From an uncultured Thermococci archaeon (lineage in GTDB: Archaea; Methanobacteriota_B; Thermococci; Methanofastidiosales; B48-G16), in contig CAZQQT010000005.1 of the NCBI GenBank assembly GCA_964595645.1, forward strand, positions 64,001-128,000: 64,000 nt of DNA, read 5' to 3'. Below, in pieces: positions 9,676 to 19,275 of this stretch (the stretch's first letter is position 1; the number at the start of each line of letters is the position of its first letter). The notes beneath the pieces are model-generated. The model saw nothing but the letters and a program-made list of their open reading frames with translations, ran no database searches and was not told the origin of the DNA. The translations under genes and the position numbers were made by a program.

Positions 9676-10206
9676 ATGCATCGGGACGATACACTGGCCC
9701 TTATGATCGACATCCAGGAGAAGTTCAGACCGGCGATTGCCGAGATAGATAGGGTAATTGATAGCGCAACAACACTTCTCAAAGCATGGAGCATTCTCGA
9801 TGTCCCTGTGGTTGTAACCGAACAGTATCCACGGGGTCTTGGATCTACGGTGGAAGAACTTGCGGATCTGATACCGACACCGATGGAGAAGGTACACTTC
9901 AGCTGTTTTGGAGATAACAATATCGCAAAGAAGATTGGGGAGTACGACAGGGAAAACCTTGTGCTTATAGGAATAGAAGCACACGTCTGCGTCCTGAATA
10001 CAGCGCTTAATGCTCTTGAAGAAGGATATACACCGCACGTCGTTGTGGATGCTGTTGCATCGAGACACGATGTAGACTATGAGACTGCGCTGACCAGAAT
10101 GACACAAGAAGGCGTACATCTTGCTACTGTCGAAATACTACTCTTTCAACTCTTAGAAAAAGCAGGAACACCGGAGTTTAAAGCGATCAGTAAGCTTATT
10201 AAATGA
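9676..10206 (+). CDS. Isochorismatase-family hydrolase
   Basis: IDIQEK, TEQYPRGLGST, K..FSC, GIEAHVCV. Confidence 0.93.
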   Translation: MHRDDTLALMIDIQEKFRPAIAEIDRVIDSATTLLKAWSILDVPVVVTEQYPRGLGSTVEELADLIPTPMEKVHFSCFGDNNIAKKIGEYDRENLVLIGIEAHVCVLNTALNALEEGYTPHVVVDAVASRHDVDYETALTRMTQEGVHLATVEILLFQLLEKAGTPEFKAISKLIK

Positions 10207-10226
10207 GTTCGTCGACATAACGGTAA

Positions 10227-10299
10227 AGCCGGGTAGGGTAGAGGCCAATCCTGTGAGGCTCTGGACCTCACGACTGCGGTTCGAATCCGCGCCCGGCTA
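10227..10299 (+). tRNA. tRNA-Gln(CTG)
   Basis: Acceptor AGCCGGG/CCCGGCT (archaeal A1-U72), anticodon arm TGAGG-CT-CTG-GA-CCTCA. Confidence 0.95.
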
Positions 10300-10350
10300 C
10301 TTTTCGCATACGTAATAGTGTACTTCTCAGCGTGGTCGTGGAAAAAGAGC

Positions 10351-11595
10351 TTATATCTCGTCGATATCTTCTTTTTCCTGTTCTCCAGTTTTCATGTTTT
10401 TTATCGTTACCTTTTTCTCTTCCAACTCCCGTTCTCCAATGATTATCACATGTTCAGCATTTATTCTATCCGCATATTTCAGCTGGTTACTGAGATTTCT
10501 GTCGACCATGTCATAGGAAACGGAGTGTCCCTTCGCACGCAGTTTTTTTGCAATGTCGAGCACGTATTTATCCACGTCGCCAATACTTGCAATATAATAG
10601 TCTACTCTTGTTCTTTCCTCAGGCCAGACACCTTCCTCCCGCATCATGAGCTCCAATACGACATCCCCCATACCGAACCCAACGGCAGGTGTAGGTTCAC
10701 CTCCGAAGCTCTCCACGAGATCATCGTATCGTCCCCCTCCAAACACGCTTCGCATCTCCTTTCCTTCATCGTACACCTCAAACACCATATCTGTGTAGTA
10801 CGCCAATCCCCGGACAATGCTCAAATCCAGGGTACAGTGCTCTTTAAATCCATAGAGATCCAAATATCTAAAGATATCAAGAAGATTATCGATGGCGTTA
10901 TCCATTTTTGCCGTTCTCCCCTTGAATTCTTCTATATTTTCGATGGTCACAGAGTCGAGAATTTCGAGAATCTCATCGTAGTTTGTGATCCCACACGCAG
11001 TGAGTTCTTCGATAAACTCGTTTTCCGGGATTTTCTCTCGTTTGTCGATCACTCTGAAGGCTTTCTGTACATCAGGTATGTTGTACTCCTCTAAAAGCCC
11101 CTGTAAAAATCCTCGGTGCGAGATATGGAATAAGAATTGTTTCAACCCGAGGTTTACCATAATACTAATACCGACAGACAGCACCTCCGCATCTGCTTTC
11201 GGCGACTCGGATCCAAAAATATCCACGTTAAGCTGGTAGAACTCACGCAGTCTGCCGGACTGCGGTCGTTCATACCGCCAGTGTCGAGGAATTGAGTACC
11301 ATTTTAATGGTTTTCCCAGTTCCTTCTGCTTGTTGGCGATCATCCGTGAGACAGAAGGGGTGAACTCTGGAATCAAACAGATTGTTCTCCCTCCCTTGTC
11401 TTCAAAGGCGTAGATCTCTTCCTTAATTTCTTCTCCGGATTTTTTCGCAATGAGATCGAAGGATTCGATAGCAGGAGAGACGATCTCATGAAATCCATAT
11501 CGTTCCGCTGTATCTCTGATAATGCGAAATACTTCGTTTCTCGCCGCCATCTCTTCGGGGTAGAAATCTCTTGTCCCTCGTAATCGCTGAAACAT
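10351..11595 (-). CDS. hisS: Histidine--tRNA ligase
   Basis: MFQRLRGTRD start, WRYERPQSGRLREFYQ, RGLAYYT, GGGRYD, anticodon-binding domain; the ORF-track extension to 11865 is spurious. Confidence 0.97.
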   Translation of the reverse strand: MFQRLRGTRDFYPEEMAARNEVFRIIRDTAERYGFHEIVSPAIESFDLIAKKSGEEIKEEIYAFEDKGGRTICLIPEFTPSVSRMIANKQKELGKPLKWYSIPRHWRYERPQSGRLREFYQLNVDIFGSESPKADAEVLSVGISIMVNLGLKQFLFHISHRGFLQGLLEEYNIPDVQKAFRVIDKREKIPENEFIEELTACGITNYDEILEILDSVTIENIEEFKGRTAKMDNAIDNLLDIFRYLDLYGFKEHCTLDLSIVRGLAYYTDMVFEVYDEGKEMRSVFGGGRYDDLVESFGGEPTPAVGFGMGDVVLELMMREEGVWPEERTRVDYYIASIGDVDKYVLDIAKKLRAKGHSVSYDMVDRNLSNQLKYADRINAEHVIIIGERELEEKKVTIKNMKTGEQEKEDIDEI

Positions 11596-11678
11596 ACATT
11601 CCCCACTGATTTCTGACTTAAAAACCTTTCTACACCTTGACGAAAAGCTTTTAAATAGCGTTACCAACATCGTACTGT

Positions 11679-11753
11679 GCCGCGGTCGCCTAGCCAGGGA
11701 GGGCGCCAGACTGAAGATCTGGTTCTCCGCCGGTTCAAATCCGGCCCGCGGCA
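11679..11753 (+). tRNA. tRNA-Phe(GAA)
   Basis: GCCGCGG/CCGCGGC acceptor, anticodon arm CCAGA-CT-GAA-GA-TCTGG; promoter CGAAAAGCTTTTAAATA at 11641-11657. Confidence 0.96.
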
Positions 11754-11953
11754 TTCTAAAGATTTCTTTTTTAACTTTCTTAGATATATTATAGTTCCAT
11801 TGAAATTTTAGTTCTTTCATATCCTTTATAAAAAAGTATTCACAATAACTTTTATGGGGAGACATTGTCTACATACCCTCCCAAATACATATTTGTGGTG
11901 AGAACCTCACTTTCCAAGAGAAAGATTTATTAACCTTTGTGTCTATACAGTGT

Positions 11954-12013
11954 TGGAGAGTTTGGAGATTCACTTTTTTACCACCTCCCACACCCCCCTC
12001 TCCAAGCTCTCCA
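11954..12013 (+). ncRNA. Candidate small RNA: 15-bp hairpin with C-rich anti-SD loop
   Basis: TGGAGAGTTTGGAGA pairs with TCTCCAAGCTCTCCA (one G-U); loop contains CCACCTCCC; AAAGATTTATTAA promoter at 11921-11933; T-rich tract downstream. Confidence 0.55.
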
Positions 12014-12270
12014 TTTCAATCTTTTATTGTTATTTACCATCCACAATGAAAGTAAAAGCTATCAGTGAAGAATAGAGTAACATATTCAGAAAAACATAAG
12101 ATCAAAGATTCTTTATGTACAATCTCTTCTCTTATCGTTATTTTTCTTGAAGCTACGTGATAAAATAGCGAATAATTAAACCTAACTCACTGTACTGTAC
12201 GGCTTTTTTGGAGCTACTATCCTTGCTCAGAAGTTAAATACTTCTTCTCGTTTCGTGCCGCTTCGTTCTC

Positions 12271-12522
12271 CTAGTCCTTTTCCTTGGTAAGTGTGATCTC
12301 ACAGGTACTGACGTTTCTATCTTCAATAACCTCTGTTCCTATCTCAATGTTTTCGAGTTTCGCTTCTTGATAGAACCGATTTCGCGTGATCTCCGCAACA
12401 TCCACCGCTTTCGAAATATTTCTTCCTCTCGCTTTAAGCACAACTTCGTCGTCGTTATTAAATCCTGTTACTGCAGCCAGTACGTATGCCATAGCACCTT
12501 TTTTACCTATCAATACGTCCAT
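12271..12522 (-). CDS. albA: DNA/RNA-binding protein Alba
   Basis: VLIGKK..MAYVLA, KARGRNISKAVDVAEI, NVSTCEI; ATG12522 preceded by GAGGTGG. Confidence 0.96.
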   Translation of the reverse strand: MDVLIGKKGAMAYVLAAVTGFNNDDEVVLKARGRNISKAVDVAEITRNRFYQEAKLENIEIGTEVIEDRNVSTCEITLTKEKD

Positions 12523-12815
12523 TTTGTCCACCTCATTGTTCAACTTTTGTGTCCACTAAGAGTTTATCGACAGAGTATATAAAGTTTTGGGACTATACAG
12601 GATTGAATATCTCTTTTTAAACATTCTCCATATCATCTACTTTCTTTCGCCTTTTTCGTTATGCTAGCCAGAGATCTGTGAGATGATAGAGTTCACCGAT
12701 CTATAAAGGCTAATTCTTCTCTTCTCCTCGTTGTCTCTTTGAAACCCTTTTACTATATCATACGCTTTAAAAAGATACAAGATAAATACTTCATGGAATC
12801 ACGGAGAGATCACTG

Positions 12816-14009
12816 ATGAATGAAAAGCGATTGTTCTGGATACTCACCTCCTTTGCTACAGTCTCCTCAATTGGATCAAGCATGATCCTGCCGTACATTC
12901 CCCTTTACGGAAAGGAAATCGGGATGTCGGTCAGCCTCGTTGGATATCTCATCTTCGTCTACTATGGGATAGAGGTCTTTACGAGGATACCAATTGGGTC
13001 ATTGTCAGATTCCCTTGGACATGCTACTGTGACGTTTGCTGGGGCAGTGGCATTGATAGGCGCTGCTGTTTCGTACTTACTATCTGTAGAGGCAACGAAA
13101 CTGCTTTTTCTCGCACAACTCCTTTTTGGCATTGGCATGTCAATTACATGGGTGACGATTCCATCCTTCATTACAAAAACAGAGAAATCTGTGTTCACCT
13201 ACAGTTTTTCCGTTGGGCTAGGATGGCTCATAGGACCCCCGATTGGAGGGCATATCAAGGATCTTTGGGGCATGTACTCGCTGTTCGAGCTGTTTTTGGT
13301 GAACATGGTAGTCTTGTTGGGATTGGCTCTTTTATTCTATATCAACGATCCGGAGCGATCTGAGAAATCTGATGTAACACTTTCCAGGGCACTTTCACGT
13401 GTCTCCAAATCGTATAAAAGAGCATTTCATCTTTTAAACAAACAGAGAATTGTAATCGCCGGTGCTGTCTCCTTTCTCATGTTCATGATCTTCGCCATGG
13501 GTGCATCATTGATACCGCTCTACTTTTCAAGTATAGGATTTATTAGTTTTTATATCGGTATTCTTCAGTCCGTGAGGACAGGTTCCTCAACAATCATTCG
13601 GTTGGTGGCGAAGAAAATTCTCACTGTGGCAAATGATGTGACGGTACTTGTTCTGGGCATGGGACTCACCGGACTGTCTGTTATCTTGATCACCATGACC
13701 GAATCTCTCCTTCCCATTGCAATCCTCTGTGCGGTGTGGGGGATAGGCGGAGGGTTCTACCTCCCCATCGTCTTTGATCTCATTGGGAAGTGCACCGATC
13801 AGGATGAGCGCGGGCTTGCCATGGGGCTACGAGGGACAATGGGGACAATGGGATCTGCGATAGGAGTTCTCGCATTTTCCAATATCGCTGAGTTTTTTAG
13901 TGTCCAGATCTCACTTCAATTGCTCGGTATTTTCGGTGTAGCATCTACTATCGTTCTTTTAGGGTACTGGAAATTTCGTGTAAACACAGATGAGGAAGAG
14001 GAGTGTTGA
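12816..14009 (+). CDS. MFS transporter
   Basis: About 12 hydrophobic segments, GSLSDSLG motif A, ERGLAMG. Confidence 0.9.
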   Translation: MNEKRLFWILTSFATVSSIGSSMILPYIPLYGKEIGMSVSLVGYLIFVYYGIEVFTRIPIGSLSDSLGHATVTFAGAVALIGAAVSYLLSVEATKLLFLAQLLFGIGMSITWVTIPSFITKTEKSVFTYSFSVGLGWLIGPPIGGHIKDLWGMYSLFELFLVNMVVLLGLALLFYINDPERSEKSDVTLSRALSRVSKSYKRAFHLLNKQRIVIAGAVSFLMFMIFAMGASLIPLYFSSIGFISFYIGILQSVRTGSSTIIRLVAKKILTVANDVTVLVLGMGLTGLSVILITMTESLLPIAILCAVWGIGGGFYLPIVFDLIGKCTDQDERGLAMGLRGTMGTMGSAIGVLAFSNIAEFFSVQISLQLLGIFGVASTIVLLGYWKFRVNTDEEEEC

Positions 14010-14026
14010 TACGCACCACGTTGTTT

Positions 14027-14977
14027 CTACATTTCCTCTATAAACCACTTCACCGTTTCTCTGATACCTTCTTTCAACGAGATTGAAGGTGTGTATCCGA
14101 GTACCTGCTTCGCTTTGGAGATATTCGCGTAGTTTCTGTAGATCTCTCCTGCACGTTCTTCTTCATATTGTGGGGAGGGGACATTGTACCCATGCATTTT
14201 CAGTTCTTGTTGTATCATTCGGTATAATGCGTTGACAGTCGTTTCTTTGCCTGTGGCAATCTGAAAAAGTTCATAGGAGGTAGGGAGATCAGTGGTTAAG
14301 GCGAGATGGATCGCATTTGCGATATCCTTGGAATGAATGAAGTCGCGGGTTTGGTTCCCGTCGCTATAGATCACCGGCTGTTTGTTGCGAAGCAACTGTT
14401 TGATCCACAATGCCACAACACTTCCCTTGTGGTACGAGTGAGGACCATAGACATTGGAGAAACGTAATGCAACAGTGTTGAGGTCGAAAGACCCTGCGTA
14501 GGCACTGCAATAGCCCTCACACGCGAGTTTGCTCGCACCATAGGGTGAAAGTGGCTGCGGCACCTGCGTTTCATGTGCAGGCGGCTCCTGCTCACCAAGC
14601 GGCGCTGCTGAGGAGGCATGTACTACTTTGGCACACTGTTCTTCCACCGCAGCGTTTAATACAGTGAGAGTGCCGAAAATATTGATTTCTGCGTCATTCA
14701 TCGGGTCGTCGATGGAGTGTATTACATCTGTGTGGGCTGCTAAATTTACTACGTACTTACAGCCACGAATCGCATCCATCACATCCTCTTCATCTCTGAT
14801 ATCACCTTTAAACAGTGTAACTCTCTCCGAAGAGTATCTATTGATGTTTTCGAGGTGCTCCCTTTTTCCCGTACTCAGGTTGTCGAGCACGTTGATGTTC
14901 CAATCCGTTTCTCTCAGTAGGTATTCGATCAGATTTACACCAACAAATCCACATCCTCCTGTGACCAAAATTTTCAT
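14027..14977 (-). CDS. NAD-dependent epimerase/dehydratase (UDP-glucose 4-epimerase-like)
   Basis: TGGCGFVG, YGASK, LRFSNVYGP, TRDFIH. Confidence 0.93.
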   Translation of the reverse strand: MKILVTGGCGFVGVNLIEYLLRETDWNINVLDNLSTGKREHLENINRYSSERVTLFKGDIRDEEDVMDAIRGCKYVVNLAAHTDVIHSIDDPMNDAEINIFGTLTVLNAAVEEQCAKVVHASSAAPLGEQEPPAHETQVPQPLSPYGASKLACEGYCSAYAGSFDLNTVALRFSNVYGPHSYHKGSVVALWIKQLLRNKQPVIYSDGNQTRDFIHSKDIANAIHLALTTDLPTSYELFQIATGKETTVNALYRMIQQELKMHGYNVPSPQYEEERAGEIYRNYANISKAKQVLGYTPSISLKEGIRETVKWFIEEM

Positions 14978-15165
14978 TGTTCCACCATCATATATTCTCG
15001 AGTAGATGTATTAATGATAATACCTATAACTACTGCAAACGTGATGCTGAGAAGTGTACCAATAAGATAGTAGTCAGATAAGCTTTTATCCTTTTTACCT
15101 TCTATTTCATATGATCGTATAGATTTTGCAACAAATATTATACAATAGTTCCAAAAAAAATCCAT
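14974..15165 (-). pseudogene. Remnant of a DUF3307-like membrane protein (SatD partner)
   Basis: Start and SD retained immediately after the satD stop, then only the C-terminal signature FVAKSI...DYYLIGTLLS; 63 aa, much shorter than a full multi-TM member. Confidence 0.6.
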
Positions 15166-15840
15166 TTAATCACCTTTTCTTAGATCTTTCACCCATTTGC
15201 GGCTAACAAATTCTACAAAACTTCTCTCTGCACCCTCTATCATCCCATACTTCGCACGTTTCAGTATCTTTGACACATTCTGCTTTGTAATATTCTTCCT
15301 TTCTGCAACGTCAGTCAGTGTGAGATCTTCTTTTTTCTTTTTCATTTTTCTGCAATATCCTACAATTTCTTTCTGCCGTTCTGTCCATCCCCACATTGTA
15401 TCTGCAATGAAATTTAGGAGAGAAGAAATAATGTCATTTGTATCCCACTCACTTTTAATTTCAATCCATTTTTTTTGTTTTTTTATTTCTTCAAGCGCTT
15501 CACGTGCCCTATAAAATGCTCCACCATCTATTTCACTGACACGTTCACTTATCCTCGTGGATATTCCACCAATACCTATGCCTAGGTAAAATTCATGATT
15601 GAGAATATCAAAAAACATTTGATAGATGTCAAATAGGCTTTTAGGAGAAGAAATCATCCCTTGAAAGCTATCACCACCTATAAGCATGAATTTTGCGGTG
15701 ATAGTCCTTTCAAATCCCTTGTTAATCCTATTAATGGCTTTTTTTAAATTCTCTTGTGCTCCTGCCCCATTTTTTAAATCTCGGGGTGACCGGAGATTGC
15801 CTGTGAGAACGATATAGTCTTTTTGCAATGCATCACGCAT
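15166..15840 (-). CDS. SatD-family protein, probably degenerating
   Basis: GGDSFQG, GIGIG, DGGAFYRAREAL, WTERQKEI plus C-terminal HTH; first motif reads GNLRSPR rather than GD(I/L)xSxR. Confidence 0.85.
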   Translation of the reverse strand: MRDALQKDYIVLTGNLRSPRDLKNGAGAQENLKKAINRINKGFERTITAKFMLIGGDSFQGMISSPKSLFDIYQMFFDILNHEFYLGIGIGGISTRISERVSEIDGGAFYRAREALEEIKKQKKWIEIKSEWDTNDIISSLLNFIADTMWGWTERQKEIVGYCRKMKKKKEDLTLTDVAERKNITKQNVSKILKRAKYGMIEGAERSFVEFVSRKWVKDLRKGD

Positions 15841-15912
15841 TATATCTTCTCTCCTCCATTGTTTGTATCTTTTCTTTTTTTATAAATTTTTCTTTTCATT
15901 ACATTTTTTTAC

Positions 15913-17445
15913 TCACGCATTTCCGTACACCCATTTCTCGAACAGAGGTGTTAAATTACAGTTACAATGGGTCTCAGCAAGTGTTTTGAACTCTTCTTCT
16001 GTACCAATTTCCCATTTGTTAGATTCATAGTACTCCCTGAGGAACTCATTGAATGTATCCTGTCCCATCTCCTCTTCCAACGTGGTAAGAAAGAATGGGC
16101 CTCGGCCATACACAATTGGTGAGTACTCTTCCCTCGAATAGCTGTGTGATGACATGCCTATTGGTATCTCTGCCTTATCTACGTGGCTCCATATTGACTC
16201 CCATGAGTGCCGACGATACTGTTGTGCAGCTGCTTCTCCATAGACCTCACGGTAGTACACCCCGGTGAGATACTGGACGACAGCTTCATCGAGCCATGGA
16301 TCATCCACCTGATCGTTTCCCACAACATTGTAAAACCACTGGTGTGCCACCTCATGGACCGTTACAATTTCAAGCATCATGTTCTCATCCACCCCTTCCG
16401 TATCCTGCGTCTCGGTGTAGAGTCTATCGGAGATCGTGATAATTCCCGGATATTCCATTCCATAGGCTAACATAGGTGTACCCACAATATCGAACTCAGT
16501 ATAAGGGTATGTACCGAATCGTTCTGCGTAGATTTTCAATGCTTCTACTGCGTATTGTAGTGCCATTTTCGCTCTTCCTTCTCCTTCCGGAAGAGTATAA
16601 GAGTTGACCGAGGTCTCTCCTATCGTCGTAGTTCTCGAGTTGTAAAACTCGCTGGCGACGAGATAGAAATCACGAGCAGGACCAACCGCGAAGGTGCAGG
16701 TCTGCACACCATTTTCAGTCGTTGATCGTATCTTATTTCCTGAGGTAATGAGGTTCAATTGCGCAGGTGCGGTCACGCGTACTAGATAGAGGCTAGCGTC
16801 GAGATAGGTAAGATCACCGTGAGAGGGGGGCATGTCGAGGTTCCATCCCTCATCATCGTACACCGGGATGAGAGGATAAAACTCCTCGAGAGCCAGCACG
16901 TTTTCGAAGTACCCGAAAAGCCCATAGTGCCCCTTTTTATCTTGAGGAATCTCTACCTCAAACTCCAGAGTCATGGTGACTGTATCTCCCGGTTCCAGCG
17001 AGGAGGAAAGTGGTACACTGAGTGCACTTTTTTGGTTTTCGTAAGAGGGGATCACCTCTTCTTCGTTCACTAGCATAGTGGAGACAGTCATCGTTCCACC
17101 AATGATGTTCGGATACAACAAAAAGTAAATCTTATTGAGAGGCACATTTTCTCTGTTGGTATATCGAACCTTCTCATATCCGGTGAGTCTGAGACGGTTA
17201 TCGGATATTGCGATATTAATGCGGTACACAGTAGCACCAGAGAGGTCATCCATCCCCTTCTTCTCTGCACTCACAAGCCCCTGACGGAACACTGTGTAAT
17301 CGCTCCAGTCAGTCTCGAATGGATCAGGTGATATTATATCGTTCTCTTTAGGGGGAACGGTAGAGGGCTGCTGTTTGTTTGATGCGCATCCCATCACGAG
17401 GATAATTATTGATATGCATGCAATAATTTTTAATGATGAGTCCAT
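15913..17445 (-). CDS. M1-family metallopeptidase, probable lipoprotein
   Basis: Lipobox-like VMGC, GMEYPG, HEVAHQW, PWLDEA, VYGRG. Confidence 0.93.
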   Translation of the reverse strand: MDSSLKIIACISIIILVMGCASNKQQPSTVPPKENDIISPDPFETDWSDYTVFRQGLVSAEKKGMDDLSGATVYRINIAISDNRLRLTGYEKVRYTNRENVPLNKIYFLLYPNIIGGTMTVSTMLVNEEEVIPSYENQKSALSVPLSSSLEPGDTVTMTLEFEVEIPQDKKGHYGLFGYFENVLALEEFYPLIPVYDDEGWNLDMPPSHGDLTYLDASLYLVRVTAPAQLNLITSGNKIRSTTENGVQTCTFAVGPARDFYLVASEFYNSRTTTIGETSVNSYTLPEGEGRAKMALQYAVEALKIYAERFGTYPYTEFDIVGTPMLAYGMEYPGIITISDRLYTETQDTEGVDENMMLEIVTVHEVAHQWFYNVVGNDQVDDPWLDEAVVQYLTGVYYREVYGEAAAQQYRRHSWESIWSHVDKAEIPIGMSSHSYSREEYSPIVYGRGPFFLTTLEEEMGQDTFNEFLREYYESNKWEIGTEEEFKTLAETHCNCNLTPLFEKWVYGNA

Positions 17446-17570
17446 TGTGTTTTTTTCTCCCCCCTGTTTTATAACGGTTTCGTTTGCGGACTGTAGTAAT
17501 TATTTGAACAATCACATTTGTCACTAGTTTTCAACCGAAAAGCTTAAATGTTAGAACGAGGGACATAGAA

Positions 17571-17849
17571 ATGTATCTCAATCCTGGAGGTGACCAAATG
17601 AAAAAGATAATTTTAAGCGCTGGAGTACTCGGCGTGGCAATCACGCTCATTACAGGAATGATCAACACAACACCCAAAAATCTGGTAGGGGCAACTCATT
17701 ATGGATTCCCATGGGCGTGGAGATACGTTCCTGTTGTTCCTAATCCGGTTGCTACCTATGATCTCACGCATTTTCTCGGGGATATTGTCGCGTGGTGTGT
17801 CGTTGTGAGCATTCCGCTACTACTCTGGTGGAAAATGAAAAAGAAGTGA
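17571..17849 (+). CDS. Small two-TM hypothetical membrane protein
   Basis: Two hydrophobic segments, YGFPWAW; GGAGGTGA before ATG17598, the likely start. Confidence 0.7.
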   Translation: MYLNPGGDQMKKIILSAGVLGVAITLITGMINTTPKNLVGATHYGFPWAWRYVPVVPNPVATYDLTHFLGDIVAWCVVVSIPLLLWWKMKKK

Positions 17850-17881
17850 GTTTCACCGACTCTCTTTTTTTCACATCCTTT

Positions 17882-18529
17882 TTAATATAGATCGGTGAGG
17901 ATCGGAATGGTGAGAATTATTGCCATAAGGCAGTATATGAGCACTATTGTTATCATTTTTTCCTTTTCATGACGACTTCTTATCAAGAAAATTACGGTTG
18001 AGACGATTAGCAGTGTTTTTGTGAGCAGCACGAGAAACATTCTTGATGAGTATTCCTCTGTAAACGGGAAATACCATACAAATGCGGGGGCGAAGAGACT
18101 GGTGACGGGAGATTGGTACAATGTTTTCATCCCAGTGGTCTGATCCGGCCAGAAGATTCCTTCTTTCACTTGTCGCACATATACCTGTGGATACCCAAAG
18201 AAGAGATACTGATCACCATAATAGGTTTCTCTATCCATCATCTCGCCACGTACCCATATAGTGGTGCCTTTTTCTATACTTGTGTCTGTTATTCCCCGGG
18301 TATATGCAGTGTCAATAGTGAGCACCACTTCGGATCCAGAAGCGGTACCTTCTCCAGAAATAGTAAGGAAATACTGGAGTTTCCCACCGAGTGTTTCATC
18401 GAGTTTTTCCTGGACTGTTGCTTGAAATGTGTACGGTGGGGACGAGTCTGTGGTCACCACATATACCACAGACAGCGGAACGAGGAGGATGAGGATACAG
18501 ATAATCAAGGAGAGATATTTGAGGTTCAT
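17882..18529 (-). CDS. Hypothetical membrane protein
   Basis: N-terminal TM, OB-fold-like soluble part, C-terminal TMs; overlaps the upstream gene by 4 nt. Confidence 0.65.
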   Translation of the reverse strand: MNLKYLSLIICILILLVPLSVVYVVTTDSSPPYTFQATVQEKLDETLGGKLQYFLTISGEGTASGSEVVLTIDTAYTRGITDTSIEKGTTIWVRGEMMDRETYYGDQYLFFGYPQVYVRQVKEGIFWPDQTTGMKTLYQSPVTSLFAPAFVWYFPFTEEYSSRMFLVLLTKTLLIVSTVIFLIRSRHEKEKMITIVLIYCLMAIILTIPILTDLY

Positions 18530-19140
18530 ACATTTTTTACCGGCTGCCTAATAATCGTCTTTAGTTTCTTTGGTGCTGTTCTCCGCGGATCGCTCAAATA
18601 GATCTCATGATGTTTTTTGGTGGGAATGTATCCGTTTTCCTCGATGAAGGCGTGGAGTTTCGCGATGGTGGGAACCTCAGATGAGTACGACCCGATGTGG
18701 AGTATCTGTGCTGCCTTTCCCTCACGTAGAGTTTCAAACCGTACTTTAGAAAGTGCAGGAGGATTCTTCTTTTTTTCAACTTGTGTACGTGCCGTCTCAA
18801 GTCGTTGGTCTGTCACATATTTTGGTTGCATAACCATTGCAGTCCACTTCCATTCATCTTTATTGTCTACCGAGAACCCTTCCATATCTTCGGTCCACCA
18901 AAGACCCTCGAGCGGCATTACTACGTAGTTCACGTTCTCTTCCTTTTTTACCATGAACTTCAGCGTGTAGGATACAGCGTACAGTGCCTCTATTGCCTCC
19001 TGATATCCCTGCGAGGTGTTTGGATCTCCTTTTCCATCGACCATCAGGTAATTTAACGGAGGAATGTTAACAATCGTTGCTTTTTTTGCAGATTGTTTAT
19101 AGAGCTTCGCATACTTCTTTTTAAGATCTATTTTTTCCAT
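18526..19140 (-). CDS. GyrI-like small-molecule-binding domain protein
   Basis: DGKGDPN, VMPLEGLWW, HHEIYLSDPRR..KTIIRQP. Confidence 0.92.
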   Translation of the reverse strand: MEKIDLKKKYAKLYKQSAKKATIVNIPPLNYLMVDGKGDPNTSQGYQEAIEALYAVSYTLKFMVKKEENVNYVVMPLEGLWWTEDMEGFSVDNKDEWKWTAMVMQPKYVTDQRLETARTQVEKKKNPPALSKVRFETLREGKAAQILHIGSYSSEVPTIAKLHAFIEENGYIPTKKHHEIYLSDPRRTAPKKLKTIIRQPVKNV

Positions 19141-19275
19141 AGATATGGATATACAAATAAACGTTTTTATTATTTTCGCTATTTTACCCAGATAAAACGT
19201 CTATTATTATGAAATGTCCCCATTCAAAAGAAGAGGTTTATAAACTTTAGTATCCGAATAACAGTGGTGTCACAC

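Noticed and set aside
11596-11865. 90-aa N-terminal extension of HisRS in the ORF track
   Set aside because: It runs antisense through tRNA-Phe and its promoter; family similarity starts at MFQRLRGTRD (11595).
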